Notes: generated by a model from the sequence alone, not told the origin. Positions 1 to 14,502 are shown, counted from the stretch's first letter. The stretch: DNA of 64,000 bases from Octopus vulgaris (GCA_951406725.2 OX597826.1:71424001-71488000), one strand, 5' to 3'. Translations and numbers: made by a program.

Positions 1-460
1 AAACTTAATGTTTAGGAATTTTTTTTTACATCAAGTTCAAAATTTTACGCCAGCCGTTAAACTGCCACTACGTTACTGTCCGCCGTTAATGAATACCAGT
101 CATGGTGACTCTACTATCCTCAGATTCTATCCCTTCAAGCATGGGTTTCCAATATTTTTTTTTCTTCAGCTCGCAAGTTCGTCTGTCCCTTTTAAATGTT
201 AGTATTTTGCTGTCTGCCTTGAAGCAGACCTTTCCGTTGTCACTGCCTGATATAGATGATTGATCTTTCAAAATATTTTACTTTCTCAACTTGCTCAAGA
301 TCTTTTTGTTGTTTATAAATGGGAGAGAGATAGATAGATAAAGATAGAGAGTAAGAGAAAGCGAAGGAGAGTCCGAGAGAAAGGAAGAGTAAGAGAGTGG
401 GAAAGTGAGAGAGAAAGGAAAGAGAAACAAAGAGGGAGAATGAGGTGATAAAAAACAGAA

Positions 461-524
461 AGGAAGCAACAGAAAGTAACAACCACACATTTACCCATGC
501 GTAGAGCGGGTCACCTTAACCTAG
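461..524 (+). mobile_element. Helitron 3' terminus (non-autonomous), copy 1
   Basis: Imperfect hairpin ACCCATGCGTAGAGCGGGT (493-511), then CTAG at 521-524 followed by T; near-identical to 941-1007. Confidence 0.7.
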
Positions 525-940
525 TATATTCACATATTCATTTATATCTACAGAACAGGCATAAAGCCCGACGTTTAAAAATATAATAAGATCACGTGAT
601 ATATAAATAAACATCATATAAAATATATAAATATATAAAAAAAATCAGTGTTGCATACAAAACACATTGAATTGGACGATTTGGCCGGGGTCTGGGAAGC
701 CAGGAGGCTTCACTAGGCTCCAGTCTGATCTGGCAGTGTTTCTACAGCTGGATGCCCTTCCTAAACGCCAACCACTCCGTGAGTGTAGTGGGTGCTTTTT
801 TCTTGCCACCGGCACAGGTGCCAGAGGGGGCGGGCTGGCAGCGGCCACGATCGGTTGGTGCTTTTTACGTCCCACCGGCACAGAAGCCAGTCAAGGCGAC
901 GCTGCCATCGGCCACGTTCGAATGGAGCTTTTTACGTGCC

Positions 941-1007
941 GAAAGGAAGCAACAGAAAGTAACAACCACACTCTTACCCGCGCGTAGAGCGGGTCACCTT
1001 AAGCTAG
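941..1007 (+). mobile_element. Helitron 3' terminus, copy 2
   Basis: Hairpin ACCCGC-GCGTAGA-GCGGGT (976-994), 9 nt spacer, CTAG at 1004-1007, then T. Confidence 0.75.
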
Positions 1008-1342
<335 letters not shown>

Positions 1343-1354
1343 AATAAACTCACA

Positions 1355-1510
1355 AGTATGATTGCTTCATCTTCACAGATGATTGCTATCTCTCTGAGTT
1401 TCTTCGTTGTCAATGACATTTCTGACCTTCCGTCCATGACCTCTCAGATAACTATTCATTCCCGCTGCAGATTTACATGGTTTGAAGCATAGGTGACACA
1501 GGCGAATTCT
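1355..1510 (-). mobile_element. RTE-clade LINE 3' end fragment
   Basis: Minus strand reads [21 protein letters not shown], resembling the C-terminal C2H2 finger of RTE ORFs. Confidence 0.55.
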
Positions 1511-1617
1511 AACTTGCACAGGATTGATGGGATCACTTTATGATATACAACGTTTCAGAAAAAAAGGGAACCAGCCAATACAGAAAGCAATGTGATATGA
1601 CTCACATATATACCTAC

Positions 1618-1964
1618 GTGGAGGTGCAATGCCCCAGTGGTTAGGGCAGCGGACTCGCAGTTGTAGGATCGCGGTTTCGATTCCCAGACCGGGCGTTGTG
1701 AGTGTTTATTGAGCGAAGACACTTAAAGCTCCACAATGCTCTAGCAGGGGGTGGGTAGCAAACCCTGCTGTACTCTTTCAACACAACTTTCTCTCACTCT
1801 TTCATTGTTTCCGTTGTACCTGTATTTCAAAGGGCCAGCCTTGAATCTCCCCGAGAACTACGTTAAGGTTGGAGTACTCAACCACCTACACGTTAATTTC
1901 ACGAGCAAGCTTTTCCGTTGATCGGATCCACTAAAACCCTCGTCGTCGTAACCTACGGAGTGCC
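1618..1964 (+). mobile_element. tRNA-derived SINE family A
   Basis: tRNA-like head with A box (CAGTGGTTAGG) and B box (GGTTTCGATTCCC); flanking repeat CACATATATACCTAC/CACGTATATACCTAC; homologous to 38201-38588 and 50424-50797. Confidence 0.9.
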
Positions 1965-2068
1965 ACGTATATACCTACATTCCTTTGTGCAAGAATTTAA
2001 ATCACCCGGTTACTAAGGGCTTAAATACTGAACTTTGAACTTTTACGAGTATATTCTTTCTTTCTTTC

Positions 2069-2252
2069 TTTTACTTGTTTCAGCCATTTGACTGCGGCCA
2101 TGCTGGAGCACCGCCTTTAGTCGAGCAAATTGACCCCGGGACTTATTCTTTGTAAGCCCAGTACTTATTCTATCGGTTTCTTTTGCCGAACCGCTAAGTG
2201 ACGAGGACATAAACACACCAGCATCGGTTGTCAAGCAATGCTAGGGGGACAA
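2069..2252 (-). mobile_element. SINE family B, 3' half
   Basis: Matches the 3' half of full copies such as 15412-15832. Confidence 0.9.
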
Positions 2253-2384
2253 CAATATCCAAAGCAACAAAAATATTGTCACGGCCTCTGCATACCAAAC
2301 AAATGAGGAAGACCTACAAGCTTATTTACAAAGTTATACATACATGAAGAAATCACAAATTTAATAAATGATATAGCCCCAAAA

Positions 2385-2600
2385 GGCGACGAGCTGGCAG
2401 AATCGTTAGCGCGCCGGGCGAAATGCTTACCAGTATTTCGTCTGTCTTTACGTTCTGAGTTCAAATTCCACCGAGTTCGACTTTGCCTTTCATCCTTTCG
2501 GAGACGATAAATTAAGTGTCAGTTGTGTACTGGGGTCGATCTAATCGACTAGCACCCCTCCCCCAAAATGTCGGGCCTTGTGCCTAGAGTAGAAAGAATA
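2385..2600 (+). mobile_element. SINE family C monomer, tail type B
   Basis: Head GGCGACGAGCTGGCAG, body GACTTTGCCTTTCATCCTTTCGG..GATAAATTAAGT, tail GGGCCTTGTGCCTAGAGTAGAAAGAATA. Confidence 0.85.
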
Positions 2601-2737
2601 ATATAATCCCAAATTTAATTAATAATTTTTTTCCAAAGCACCTTTCCTTAAAAGCCTAATTACCACCCCACTCAAACCCACACACCCAAAAATGATTTCA
2701 ACTCAACAAGACTGACTATAATGCATTGTCTGACGAT

Positions 2738-3075
<338 letters not shown>

Positions 3076-4552
3076 AGGGAGTTAACGGTTCCGTTAAGGT
3101 AAGATCAACAAAAAGTACTCCACTGAGAGATAAATATCATTTAATGTACACACTGTAAAGACACGCCCTGTGTCTCCTTGGAGACACGAGGCTGGTTATA
3201 AAACCCTGCGCTGGCACGTGTCCTCACAGCCAGAAACTTTTATTAGCTCTTGTATTTATAGTTAGTACATTATAATTGCATATTTGTATGTTCATCAGAG
3301 GTTAGCTCACGTTGCACTGAAATCCCTCTAGCACTAACTGTTTCTCTCTCTTTCTTGACCTTTCTCTCTGCCCCCTTATACCATTCCCGACTTTATTCAT
3401 TCACAGCGATTACTTCCCCATCCACCCAGTCATGGGTAGCCTGCAATCAATGAGGTCCGCGGGACTTTCTGAATTACATGCTTAATGAAAAATTACCCTA
3501 AATCTTTCCAGGGGTACAGCATACCTATTGATGAGCTATGTCTCATGCAGCAACGCTTCTCAAAAAAGTTACCTAATCCTGATTTAACCAAGTCATTCCT
3601 TTTTTGTTCTCCCCTTCTCAATTTCGCCGGGCATTATGTGACACATTTCGTCATAAATCCTTAATCTGGAATGTCATATTTTCCCATTCTTCACAATAAC
3701 CATACACCTAGAAATTGTCTTAGATTTTATTTATATTCTTGCCTCACATGACAATTTTCTCCCTTGCCATAAAAACAAATAAAACCAATCAACTGAGATA
3801 TTGCATTGATGCAGGACTCTAACCGAACACTTGTGAATCTCTGACCTGAACGATGTTGATCGTGATTGCATATGGATGGTAGTTGGATGTCCAGATATAA
3901 ACGTCAAAGAATGCATCACAGAAAATGGCTGAAATTAAACATCTAACAACAGATACTTACGATATAGTTGCAGTCGGAAAAGCACAAGAGACTTAAGAAA
4001 ACAATAAATACTGGATTGTTCTGAGTAACATTTTTGCATGTATGTAAATTTCAAATTAAGTTTGATATTACTATCTTTCCAACCCCGTCATCCTTACACT
4101 ACTAATGAACTGTGACCGTTAATGTCTTAATCATAAAGAAATGCTTTCATTATATACTTCTCTATCTTTCTTCTGTAAAGTTTATAATAATTCCTTCTAA
4201 TATAATGTATTATTTAATAAACTGTAACCCATGTTTTACTGATGAGATTCAACTATATCGAAATAGCAGCTATCTACGAATGTTGAACTCTCTGTGCTCA
4301 AAAGAAAATTTTGAAGAATGAAACATTTAATCAAATAAATGTATAAAGATATTTAGGTGCAGGAGTGGCTGTGTGGTAAGTAGCTTGCTTACTTTAGTAC
4401 AGAGTGGACGTGTTTTTTTTTTTTTTCGCGGTGGAAGTCACGTCGGTGTGTGCCAGCGTCGAGAAATAGTGAAGCACGACTACTAGGTAAGGCAACTGTT
4501 TTTTTTTTGGGGGGGGGGGGTAGGGGGGACCTCAGTTTATGGGAAAGAATGC

Positions 4553-5513
4553 TTGAATAAAAGAACTTGCGGAAGACGGTTTGCACAATTCATAAGTGGA
4601 GATTTCAACCTTGAAGATGAAAATCGAACAGGACGTCCAGTTGAGTTTGATGATAAGCTCCTTGAGGCATTACTTCAAGAAAATCCTGCATTATCAGCTG
4701 AAGAATTGGCAATAAAGCTTAGTTCAAACCATACAACTGTTCATCGTCATCTTCAACAACTTGGAAAAGTTCCTAAACTCGTAAAATGGGTGTCTCATGA
4801 ATTGTCTGCAAGTAACCGCAAATCCCAAGTTGACATCTGCTCTTCTCTCCATTCTCGCGAATTCCTTTCACCCTTTTTAGATAGACTTGTGAAGGGTGAT
4901 GAAAAAGAGATCTTCTATCAAAATGCTAAATGCCGTAAACAGTGGCTTGGTAAAAGGGAAAAAGCTCAACCTCAACCGGGAAGGGAACTTCATGGGGAAA
5001 AGGTTCTTCTCTTTATCTGGTGAGATTGCAAAGGAGTAATTCATTTTGAATTGTTACCACCTAATACAACAATCAATGCTCAAGTCTACTCTCAGCAATT
5101 AGAGCGTTTGAACCAAGATTTGAAGAAAAAAAAAAAGACCCGCTTTAGTGAATCGAAAAGGAGTGATGTTTCATCAGGACAATGCGCGACCCCACACTAC
5201 AAAGATCACATCACAGAAGATCGAAGAACTTGGTTGGAAAAAAATTCCTCATAAACCATATTTACAGAATCATCATTAGGCGGACACAACTTTCGCAAGC
5301 CAGGAGGAGGTCGAAACTGACATTTCAGAGTTCTTCGCTTTGAAATCAAAAGAGTTTTACATTGATGGGATAAAAAAGCTTGTAAATAGATGGAAGGAAG
5401 TCATAGATAATCAGGGAAAGAACATTGGTGATTAAATTTCAATCAAATATAGCATTTGATCACTTGTTTTTTTTAATTCAAAATTTGGACAGAACTTATG
5501 GGATGACCTGATA
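4553..5513 (+). pseudogene. Mariner (Tc1/mariner) transposase remnant with 3' TIR
   Basis: WVSHEL (WVPHEL motif), DRLVKGDEKEIFY, KVLLFIW, GVIHFELLP, FHQDNARPH across stops and frameshifts; YSPDLAP region deleted; ends GGACAGAACTTATGGGATGACCTGATA (mariner-type TIR plus TA). 5' end missing. Confidence 0.92.
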
Positions 5514-5548
5514 CATAATATAATTTTTACACTTTTCAAAGTCATCTC

Positions 5549-5595
5549 GAGGGCCGGATGAAACCCTGCAGCGGGCCGTATGTTTGACACACCTG
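5549..5595. mobile_element. hAT (Charlie-like) MITE terminus
   Basis: Ends GTTTGACACACCTG (reverse complement CAGGTGTGTCAAAC) with GGGCCG subterminal motifs, followed by AACTAGAT, a Charlie-type 8-mer. Confidence 0.65.
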
Positions 5596-5936
5596 AACTA
5601 GATCCTTCTCTTCTGAAAAATATTGGCCATGTGCCAAAATATGAGAGAATATTTTCCATTAGTTTGATAAATCAATGCAGCTGTGATTTGCATTACAGTT
5701 TTCAACATTTATCGTTATAATAAATACGATATGAGACATCGATTTTAATCTTTAAAAAATAATGATCATACACGCGAAAGAGATTAGTGTTATGTAAATA
5801 CACCTGAGGAGAGAATGTCATCGAGATGAAGACAAAGAAGACAGGTTTCAACATGTTTGATGAGTTTTACAAACACACATACACACACACATACATACAC
5901 GCACACACTCGCTCTCTTTCACACATGCACAACAGG

Positions 5937-6107
5937 TACGTTTTGAATTCAAATTCCGCCGAGGTCGATTTTACCTTTCATCCTTTCAGGGTCGATAAAT
6001 TAAGTACCAGTTACGTACTGAGGTCGATGTAACCGACTTAAACCCTTTGTCTCTGTCCTTGTTTGTCCCCTCTGTGTTTAGTCCCTTGTGGGTAGTAAAG
6101 AAATAGG
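5937..6107 (+). mobile_element. SINE family C headless body, tail type A
   Basis: Matches one 184 bp unit of the arrays; ends GGGTAGTAAAGAAATA. Confidence 0.85.
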
Positions 6108-6156
6108 ATTTCTAAAAGAAAGTGAGGTGTATAAGAGGATGTATAGAAAGAGTAAA

Positions 6157-6198
<42 letters not shown>

Positions 6199-6424
6199 AA
6201 GACAGAGAGAGGGAGTAAAGAGAGTGAGATGGTAGTAGTTGTGCATGAGTGTAAGGATTATGGGGAGGAAATGTCAAACGTCTAAGAGAGAGTGAGAGAG
6301 AGGCAAAGAGTTGGGGAAGTAAAAGAGGAAGAGGATGAGGATGAGGAGGGGGAGGCTGATGTCAGAAGTCAAGAGGTCAGAAGTCAAAACTGGAAACAAT
6401 AGGAAAAGCACTTAGAGGACCAAG

Positions 6425-8099
6425 GTGTGTGTGTGTGTGTGTGGAATTCGTGCATTTTTGTGTACTGGTGTGTGTATATATATGCATCCGGTTGTGTATG
6501 CGCATATATATGGTCCATGCGCGTGTATTTATGAATATGTGTGTTCTTATTCTGTTTTGTGTATGTATGCATGTATGTCTGTATGTGTATATGTATGTAT
6601 GTATGTTTGTTTGTTTGTATGTATTATGTATGTATTTATGTATGTATGTATGTATGTATGTGTGTATGTATGTATGTATGTTTGTTTGTATGTATGTATG
6701 TATGTATGTGTGTGTATGTGTGTATGTCCACGCATCCGCATGTGCATGTCTGTGCATTTGCCTATGTCCATGTGTATGTGTGTGTGTGTGTGTGTGTGTG
6801 TCCATGTGTGTGCGTGTGTCCGTGTGTCCATGTGTGTGTGTGTGTATGTGACAGCGAAGACAAAGCGAAAAAATGTCCGTTTGTCGAGGTGACACTTTCT
6901 AAGAATGAGACCGCGCTGTCACGTGCTTAACATGACTTCCACTTAAGACGGAGACACCCCGTTAATGGTTACCGGCGCGACATACACCTGCCATCCAACC
7001 CTAGCATGTTTGCCCTCCCCCTCCCCCTCCTCCTCGTCCTCCCTCCCTCCCTCCTCCTTTTTCTCCTTCTCCCTTCATCTCTTTTTTCATCTTTTTTCTT
7101 TCTCCCTTTACTTTTTTTCCTTTACTTCCTCCTCTTACTCCTACTCCTCCTCCGGCCTCTTTTTCTTCTTCCTACTTCAAACTTCCTACTTTACCACTAC
7201 CACCACCACCACCACTTACTACTACTACTACTACTACTACAACTACTACTACTACTACTACTGACCACAAAAACACCATCACTGCTACCACTCACCCCAC
7301 CCCCCTTTCTCGCATCATCACAATTACTCGCCACCGTCGCCGCCACTTTTTCCATCCTAACCATCTCCACCACCACCACCTTCACCGCTACCATCACTGC
7401 CACAAACATCACTCACTGTTGACAACACCACCACCACCACAACCACAACCACCACTTCACGCTGACCACTACAGCACCACTTACCACCATCATCACAACA
7501 CTTACGCACTATTATCACAGATGAACCGTCATCACCGTTGCTACTATGGCACCGACACCACCACCATCACAACCACCACCACCACCACGCACCGACCTTC
7601 GTACACCGCCATCCTCGCCATCACACATATCGAGCATCTCTCTCTTCTCATCTCTCTACAACTGAACATCCCCACCCCCATCGCCAACTGGGGGGGAGTG
7701 AGCGAAGAGTTTTGTTTTAAGGAACAATAAGTATTCACACACTCATACACACACACACACACACACACACACGCATACAAACATACATACAAACATACAT
7801 ACATACAAACATACATACATACAAACATTCATACACACATACATACATACAAACATACATACATACAAACATTCATACATACATACATACATACATACAT
7901 ACATACATACATACATACATACATACATACATACATACATACATACAAACATACATACATACATACATACATACATGCATGCATAAAAACATACATACAT
8001 ACATGCATACATACATACATACATACATACATACATACATACATAACCCGGATATGCTTTAATCCGAATCAAGTCCTTCGAATCATCCAGTATCAATTT

Positions 8100-8134
<35 letters not shown>

Positions 8135-8540
8135 TATATATATACACGTATATACGTATATATCATATATACATACATACATATTCATACATTCACACAG
8201 ACACACACACACACACGTCAATATATATTTATATAGATAAATACATACAAACACACCTAAACACACACACACACATATATATATATACACGTATATATTT
8301 TATATATATACATACATACATATTCATACATTTACACACACACCTCAATATATATTTATGTACATAACTACGTACAAACACACATAAACACATACACACA
8401 CATATATATACACGTATATTATTATATATATACATACATATTCATACATTCACACACCCACACACACACACACACACTTCAATATATATTTATATACATA
8501 AATACGTACAAACACACATACGCACACACAGTCACACACA
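6425..8540. repeat. Low-complexity tract: (TG)n, (TATG)n, polypyrimidine, (CAC)n/(TAC)n, (TACA)n
   Basis: Directly visible; 8100-8540 contains about three higher-order copies of a compound microsatellite unit. Confidence 0.95.
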
Positions 8541-9406
8541 CTCATTAATGCTACGTACACTTGTTTAGTATCTGGTTGCCCGACACTTTGCAATGTAAGT
8601 TAGTTGCACCGCTCCGCCTTGCAACCTGTTATGTTACTTCTTGCAATATTCATATCAGAGCGGACTGTGCGTTTGGATTATTCATACACACCACCAGCTT
8701 TGACATGTATTTACCACTGCGGACCAATTTAGGTTTACAACTCATGTGGAACGCAACACTTTGAGACGGTAAGTTAAGACTTCCTCGATATTTCAGTGTT
8801 TAAAACATGAAAGACTTATACACGCACACACATGCATACAATGTATTTGCTCTGGGGGTTTTTTGCGGAATCAATATATGGCATAACTACACAATTATGC
8901 CCCAATCGAATTTCTTTTCTCACGACTGCCCGTAAAATGGATATTTTGTAATGAAACTTTCTACAGATACACTTCAGATGGGGTAGGTCCCGATTATATC
9001 GGAATTTGTGCTGTAAAAATTATTTCCGAGGTGAGAAGAAGGTGTTTTGGAAAGTTCACATGAGTCGGCTATATTTCCTCTTAACATTCGACAAAATGGG
9101 TGATATTTTATATGAAATTTACTGCAAATACTTTTCAGTCGTACCTACACAAATGCACCACCCCCAACACCGACTGTTTCCTTATGACTTCGAGAAACAT
9201 ATATTTTTTATAATGAAATTTTCTACAAATATGCTTCAAATGGTGTAGATTTTGATTACATCGGAATTTGTGGGAAAAAAAAGTTTTTCCGAGTGTGGGG
9301 AAAGTTTCGGAAAATTCTCATAACTTTCCAAAAGATCGATATTTTTTAATGAAATTTTCTATAAATACCTTTCAGATGGTTTATATTATGGTTATATCGG
9401 AAATTA

Positions 9407-10005
9407 GGCGGCGAGCTGGCAGAAACGTTAGCACGCCGGGCGAAATGCGTAGCCGTATTTCGTCTGCCATTACGTTCTGAGTTCAAATTCCGCCGTGGTC
9501 GACTTTACCTTTCATCCTTTCGGTGTTGATAAATTAAGTACCAGTTACGCACTGGGGTAGATGTAATCGACTTAATCCGTTTGTCTGTCCTTGTTTGTCC
9601 CCTCTGTGTTTAGCCCCTTGTGGGAAGTGAAGAAACAGGTATTTCGTCTGCCATTACGTTCTGAGTTCAAATTCCGCCGAGGTCGACTTTGCCTTTCATC
9701 CTTTCGGGGTCGATAAATTAAGTACCAGTTACGTACTGGGATCGATATAATCGACTTAATCCGTTTGTCTGTCCTTGTTTGTCCCCTCTGTGTTTAGCCC
9801 CTTGTGGGTAGTGAAGAAACAGGTATTTCGTCTGCCGTTACGTTCTGAGTTCAAATTCCGCCGAGGTCTACTTTACCTTTCATCCTTTCGGGGTCGATAA
9901 ACTAAGTACCAGTTACGCACTGGGGTCGATATAATCGACTTAATCCGTTTGTCTGTCCTTGTTTGTCCTCTCTGTGTTTAGTCCCTTGTTGGTAGTAAAG
10001 AAATA
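9407..10005 (+). mobile_element. SINE family C array: one head + 3 x 184 bp bodies
   Basis: Unit starts (GTATTTCG) at 9455, 9639, 9823; flanked by a 25 bp direct repeat with 3 mismatches (9382-9406 and 10006-10030). Confidence 0.92.
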
Positions 10006-10475
10006 TATATTATAATTATATCGGAAGTTAATATGAAAAAAGCAGAAGAAATTGATTCGTTCACAGACACACTGACACACATCACAAAATGTAACTTGAA
10101 ATTTTGGAGGAAATTTTCATGAGTTTCAGAATGAATGTGTGCGAACGCATCAGCTTTTTCTTTCTTTTCCTATTTATCTCCGAATTAAATTACAACATAA
10201 TGGCGGTGCCCCACCATGGCCACAGCTCGTGAGCTGAAACTAGATAGAATACAAAAAATAATCGTAATCTGCACTAACTGAAAACTGTTTGTGATCGGTC
10301 ATCGATCGTCTGCTTGTTGTAGTCATTAAAACTGCGGCCATTCTGGAGCATCACCATAAAGAATTTCAGTCGATCGAATCGATCCCAGTACTTGTTGCAT
10401 TTTTTCTTTTCCTTTTTAAAAGCCTGGTATTTATCCTGTCGGTCGCTTTCGTCGAACCGTTAAGTTACGGAACGT

Positions 10476-11114
10476 GGTACTATTTAAGAAGAGTGGTTTC
10501 GGTGCGCGCACTCGCGTACTCGCGCATCCGCGCTAGCTAGTCGCGACTAGTCGATCCTTACTTTGTGTTTTACTCTCTCTTTTACTCTTTTACTTGTTTC
10601 AGTCTTTTGACTGCGGCCATGCTGGAGCACCGCCTTTAATCGAGCAACTCGACCCCGGGACTTATTCTTTTGTAAGCCCAGTACTTATTCTATCGGTCTC
10701 TTTTGCCGAAACGCTAAGTAACGGGGACATAAACACAACAGCATCGGTTGTCAAGCAATGCTAGGGGGACAAACAGACACACAAACATACACGCACATAC
10801 ATATATATACATATATACGATGGGCTTCTTTCAGTTTCCGTCTACCAAATCCACTCACAAGGCTTTGGTCGGCCCGGGGCTATAGTAGAAGACACTTGCC
10901 CAAGGTGCCACGCAGTGGGACTGAACCCGGAACCATGTGGTTGGTAAACAAGCTACTTACCACACAGCCACTCTTTTAATTACCTTGCGTAAAAAATTAT
11001 TTATTTTGTCTTTTATTTACTTTGCTAGGTAGTTGTTGTAGGATCGATTAGTCACGACTAGCTAGCGCGAGCACGCGAGTGCGCGCACCGGGACCACTCT
11101 TCTTAAATAGTACC
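10476..11114. mobile_element. MULE/Mutator-like MITE
   Basis: About 80 bp TIRs starting GGTACTATTTAAGAAGAGTGGT; perfect 9 bp TSD ACGGAACGT (10467-10475, 11115-11123). Confidence 0.85.
10570..10973 (-). mobile_element. SINE family B nested in the MITE
   Basis: Near full-length copy with tRNA-like head, CORE-like GGCACCTTGGGCAAGTGTC motif and internal microsatellite. Confidence 0.92.
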
Positions 11115-11293
11115 ACGGAACGTAAATACACCAACACCGGTTGTCAAGCGGTGGCGGGAGGCAGACAAACACACACACACACACACATATAAGACAGGCT
11201 TCATTCAGTTTCCTTCAACAAAATCCACTCACAAGGCTTTGGTCGGCCCGAAGCTATAGTAGAAGCCACCTGCTCAAGATGTCACGTCGGGGG

Positions 11294-11630
11294 ATGTGGC
11301 TGTGTGGTAAGAAGCTTGCTTCCCAACTACATGGTTCTGGGTTCAGTCCCACAGCGTGGCACCTTGGGCAAGTGCCTTCTACTATAGCCCCAGGCCAACC
11401 AAAGCTCATTGTATATATATAAACATACATACATATGTGTGTGCGTTTTTGGCGTCCGTATTTGTCCCCCCACAATCGCATGATAACCGATGCTGGTATG
11501 TTTACGTCCACATAACTTACTGGTTCGGCAGAATAAGGCCGATAGAATAAGTCCTGGTGTCGATTTGTTCGATAAAAGGCGGTGCTCCAGTATGGCCGCA
11601 GTCAAACGACAGAGACAAATAAAAGAAAAG
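11294..11630 (+). mobile_element. SINE family B
   Basis: Diverged copy with internal deletions. Confidence 0.85.
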
Positions 11631-11908
11631 GATACATACATATACATATAGTCGTGTTAAAGTGTCGGGGGGTGCTAGGGAGTACCGGCATTGCTAGAAA
11701 TAACAGCCAAAACAACTCTTAGCTGCGCGAGGGCACTTCTCAACCGACTGACAAGGGAGACAAACTCCCGCCCTAAGACAAGCGACATGGCTAAGGGTTG
11801 TTTTGACTCTCATGTCTAGCAATGCCGGTGTTCACTAGCGCCTTCTCGTCACATCCGTGACGACTGTATTTGCGGCCTTTCAGTTGTAAATTACAAATAG
11901 CAACCTTA

Positions 11909-12387
<479 letters not shown>

Positions 12388-12437
12388 ATATATATACATA
12401 CATACATACATACATACATCATACATACATACATACA

Positions 12438-12471
<34 letters not shown>

Positions 12472-12739
12472 CATACATACATACATATATGTACATATAT
12501 ATAAAATGTGTACTTACATATAAGAGAACAAAGTGTACGTACGCCGCTATGTGTATATATATATATATATATATATAAATACAAAATGGGACAAGAACGC
12601 AAAACATCCAGTCCATTTCTGTATCACCTAGTTGTCCGGATGTTTTGTATCTTGAGAAATCAAATATTCTTTCCTTCCTTCATGCCAAGTTTGAAGAAAA
12701 TATCTCTTTTGCATTTTACTTTTTTGGTCTCTTAAATAT

Positions 12740-13045
12740 ACTGCATTTTGTGGCGTTATTTCAAGCCAACCGGCTTTTTTTTTGCGCAAACTGCACGTGC
12801 ATTTTTCTTGCGTACGCGTAGTATCGATCGCAACAGCTGATGTACTTGCGCGTACAAATGCACGTTCTCACGGCTTTATCGATCGCATTCTCAGCTGGAA
12901 TCGATTTTTGTAATTTTTTCAAGACTTATACACGCCCTGATACCGTCGGTATCTACATATCAAATTCGAGCGCAATCGGGCGGAGGATGCCCGAGATCCT
13001 AGAAGACACACACACAGACAGACAGAACGGATTTTATATACAAAA
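12740..13045 (-). mobile_element. Non-autonomous Helitron-like 5' region
   Basis: Minus strand: TATATAAAA, (TCTG/TG)n, then CCGATTGCGCTCGAATTTG, the usual layout of non-autonomous Helitron/DINE-like elements. Confidence 0.55.
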
Positions 13046-13064
13046 TATATACGTTCGTTCCTTC

Positions 13065-13350
13065 TCGAACCATTCCTGGCCCATAAGGACCGGTTTCCCG
13101 GTTTCATGGGCGTATAGTTTCCCCACCTGGAAGGAACGCCGGTCCGTCGCAGGTAAGCTGCTTGGTGCAAGAGGAAAGAAAGAGAGAAAGTTGTGGCGAG
13201 AGAGTCAGGAGAGGTTTGCCATTACCTTCTGTCGGAGCCGAGTGGAGCTTAGGTGTTTCGCTCATAAACACACACGTTGCAAGGTCTGAGATTCGAACCT
13301 GCGATCCCTCGAGTGCGAGTCCGCTGCTCTAACAACTAGGCCATGTGACT

Positions 13351-13354
<4 letters not shown>
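13065..13354 (-). mobile_element. SINE with family A head and family D tail
   Basis: Head and body match 50424-50600; tail matches 17510-17590. Confidence 0.75.
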
Positions 13355-13413
<59 letters not shown>

Positions 13414-13428
13414 CATATATATACATAT

Positions 13429-14502
13429 ATTGTTGTTGTTATTGTTGTTGGCATCCTTTTTGTCTCGGGAGACAATGGAGTTGCGCATAAAATAGTCCAA
13501 TCCGGCTTTTACATTTCATGTCCTGATACATTTCCTGCTGTGGTTGTGTAGTCCTATCCTGGACAAACACTCCCTCTGGTAGGTACCGCAAATGTAGCGA
13601 AGACTGTTCCTGGTTGGTTGTAGTGTCATAGTTTCTTGCTGACGTCTTTTCTTGTCTTTCCATTTCTCCTCTCTCTTTCTCTCTCTGTCACTCCTTTGTA
13701 TTCCTTCTTTTACGGTACGTCGCCAATCTCCACGGTTGCTGGCAATTGCTTCCCAACTGCTAATATTGATGTTGCAGGCCTTCATGTCCCTTTTGCAAAC
13801 ATCCTTGTAACGTAAGAACGGTCTACCCACAGACCTAGTACCCCTAGCAAGCTCTCCGTAGAGTATGTCCTTGGGGATTCTGCCATCTTTCATACGGCTA
13901 ACATGCCCAAGCCATCTCATACGTCTTTGTGTGAGGAGTGCAAACATGCTTGGTATTCCTGCTTGATTGAGGACATCTTTGTTGTGGATATGATTCTGCC
14001 ATTTGATGCGGAGCATTTTCCGGAGGCAGCGCAGGTGAAGGATGTTTAGGCAACGCTCTTGGCGTGTGTATAGCGTCCAAGTCTCACTTCCATACAGTAG
14101 AGTGCTAAGTACACATGCCTGGTAGATCTTCATTTTCGTGGTCTTGGTCAGCTTATTGTTGTCCCATGCCCGTTTGGAGAGTTGGGCCATCGCAGCAGCT
14201 GCCTTGCCAATGCGTATACTGAGCTCGGCTTCAAGGGATAGGTTGTAGGTGACGGTAGAGCCAAGATAGGTAAACTTCTCCACCTCCTGTAATCTGTGGT
14301 CTCCAATATGTATGTTTGGAATGTCCGATGTAGCCTGACCCATGATGTTGGTCTTCTTAAGGCTGATAGCTAAGCCAAAGTCGTTACATGCTTGCCCAAA
14401 ACAGTTAATGAGCCTTTGGAGGGCTTCTGTGTGTGATACCAGAGCGGCATCATCAGCAAATAGCATCTCCTTGATCAGGACGTTTCTGATTTTGGTCTTG
14501 GC
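13429..14502 (-). mobile_element. 5'-truncated RTE (BovB-like) LINE; RT C-terminal frame open to the stop at 13516
   Basis: [50 protein letters not shown] and a terminal C2H2-like finger; (CAA)n tail; flanked by (TA)n. Confidence 0.95.

Larger units (their letters stand above)
10313..11284 (-). mobile_element. Old SINE family B copy split by a MITE
   Basis: Family B sequence stops at 10475 and resumes colinearly at 11115. Confidence 0.8.

Noticed and set aside
3100-3480. Possible LTR or promoter (TATAAAA near 3197)
   Set aside because: No partner LTR, TG...CA termini, primer-binding site or downstream gene could be supported.
11684-11829. 15 bp inverted repeat ACCGGCATTGCTAGA
   Set aside because: No TSD or second copy in the window; cannot assign an element.
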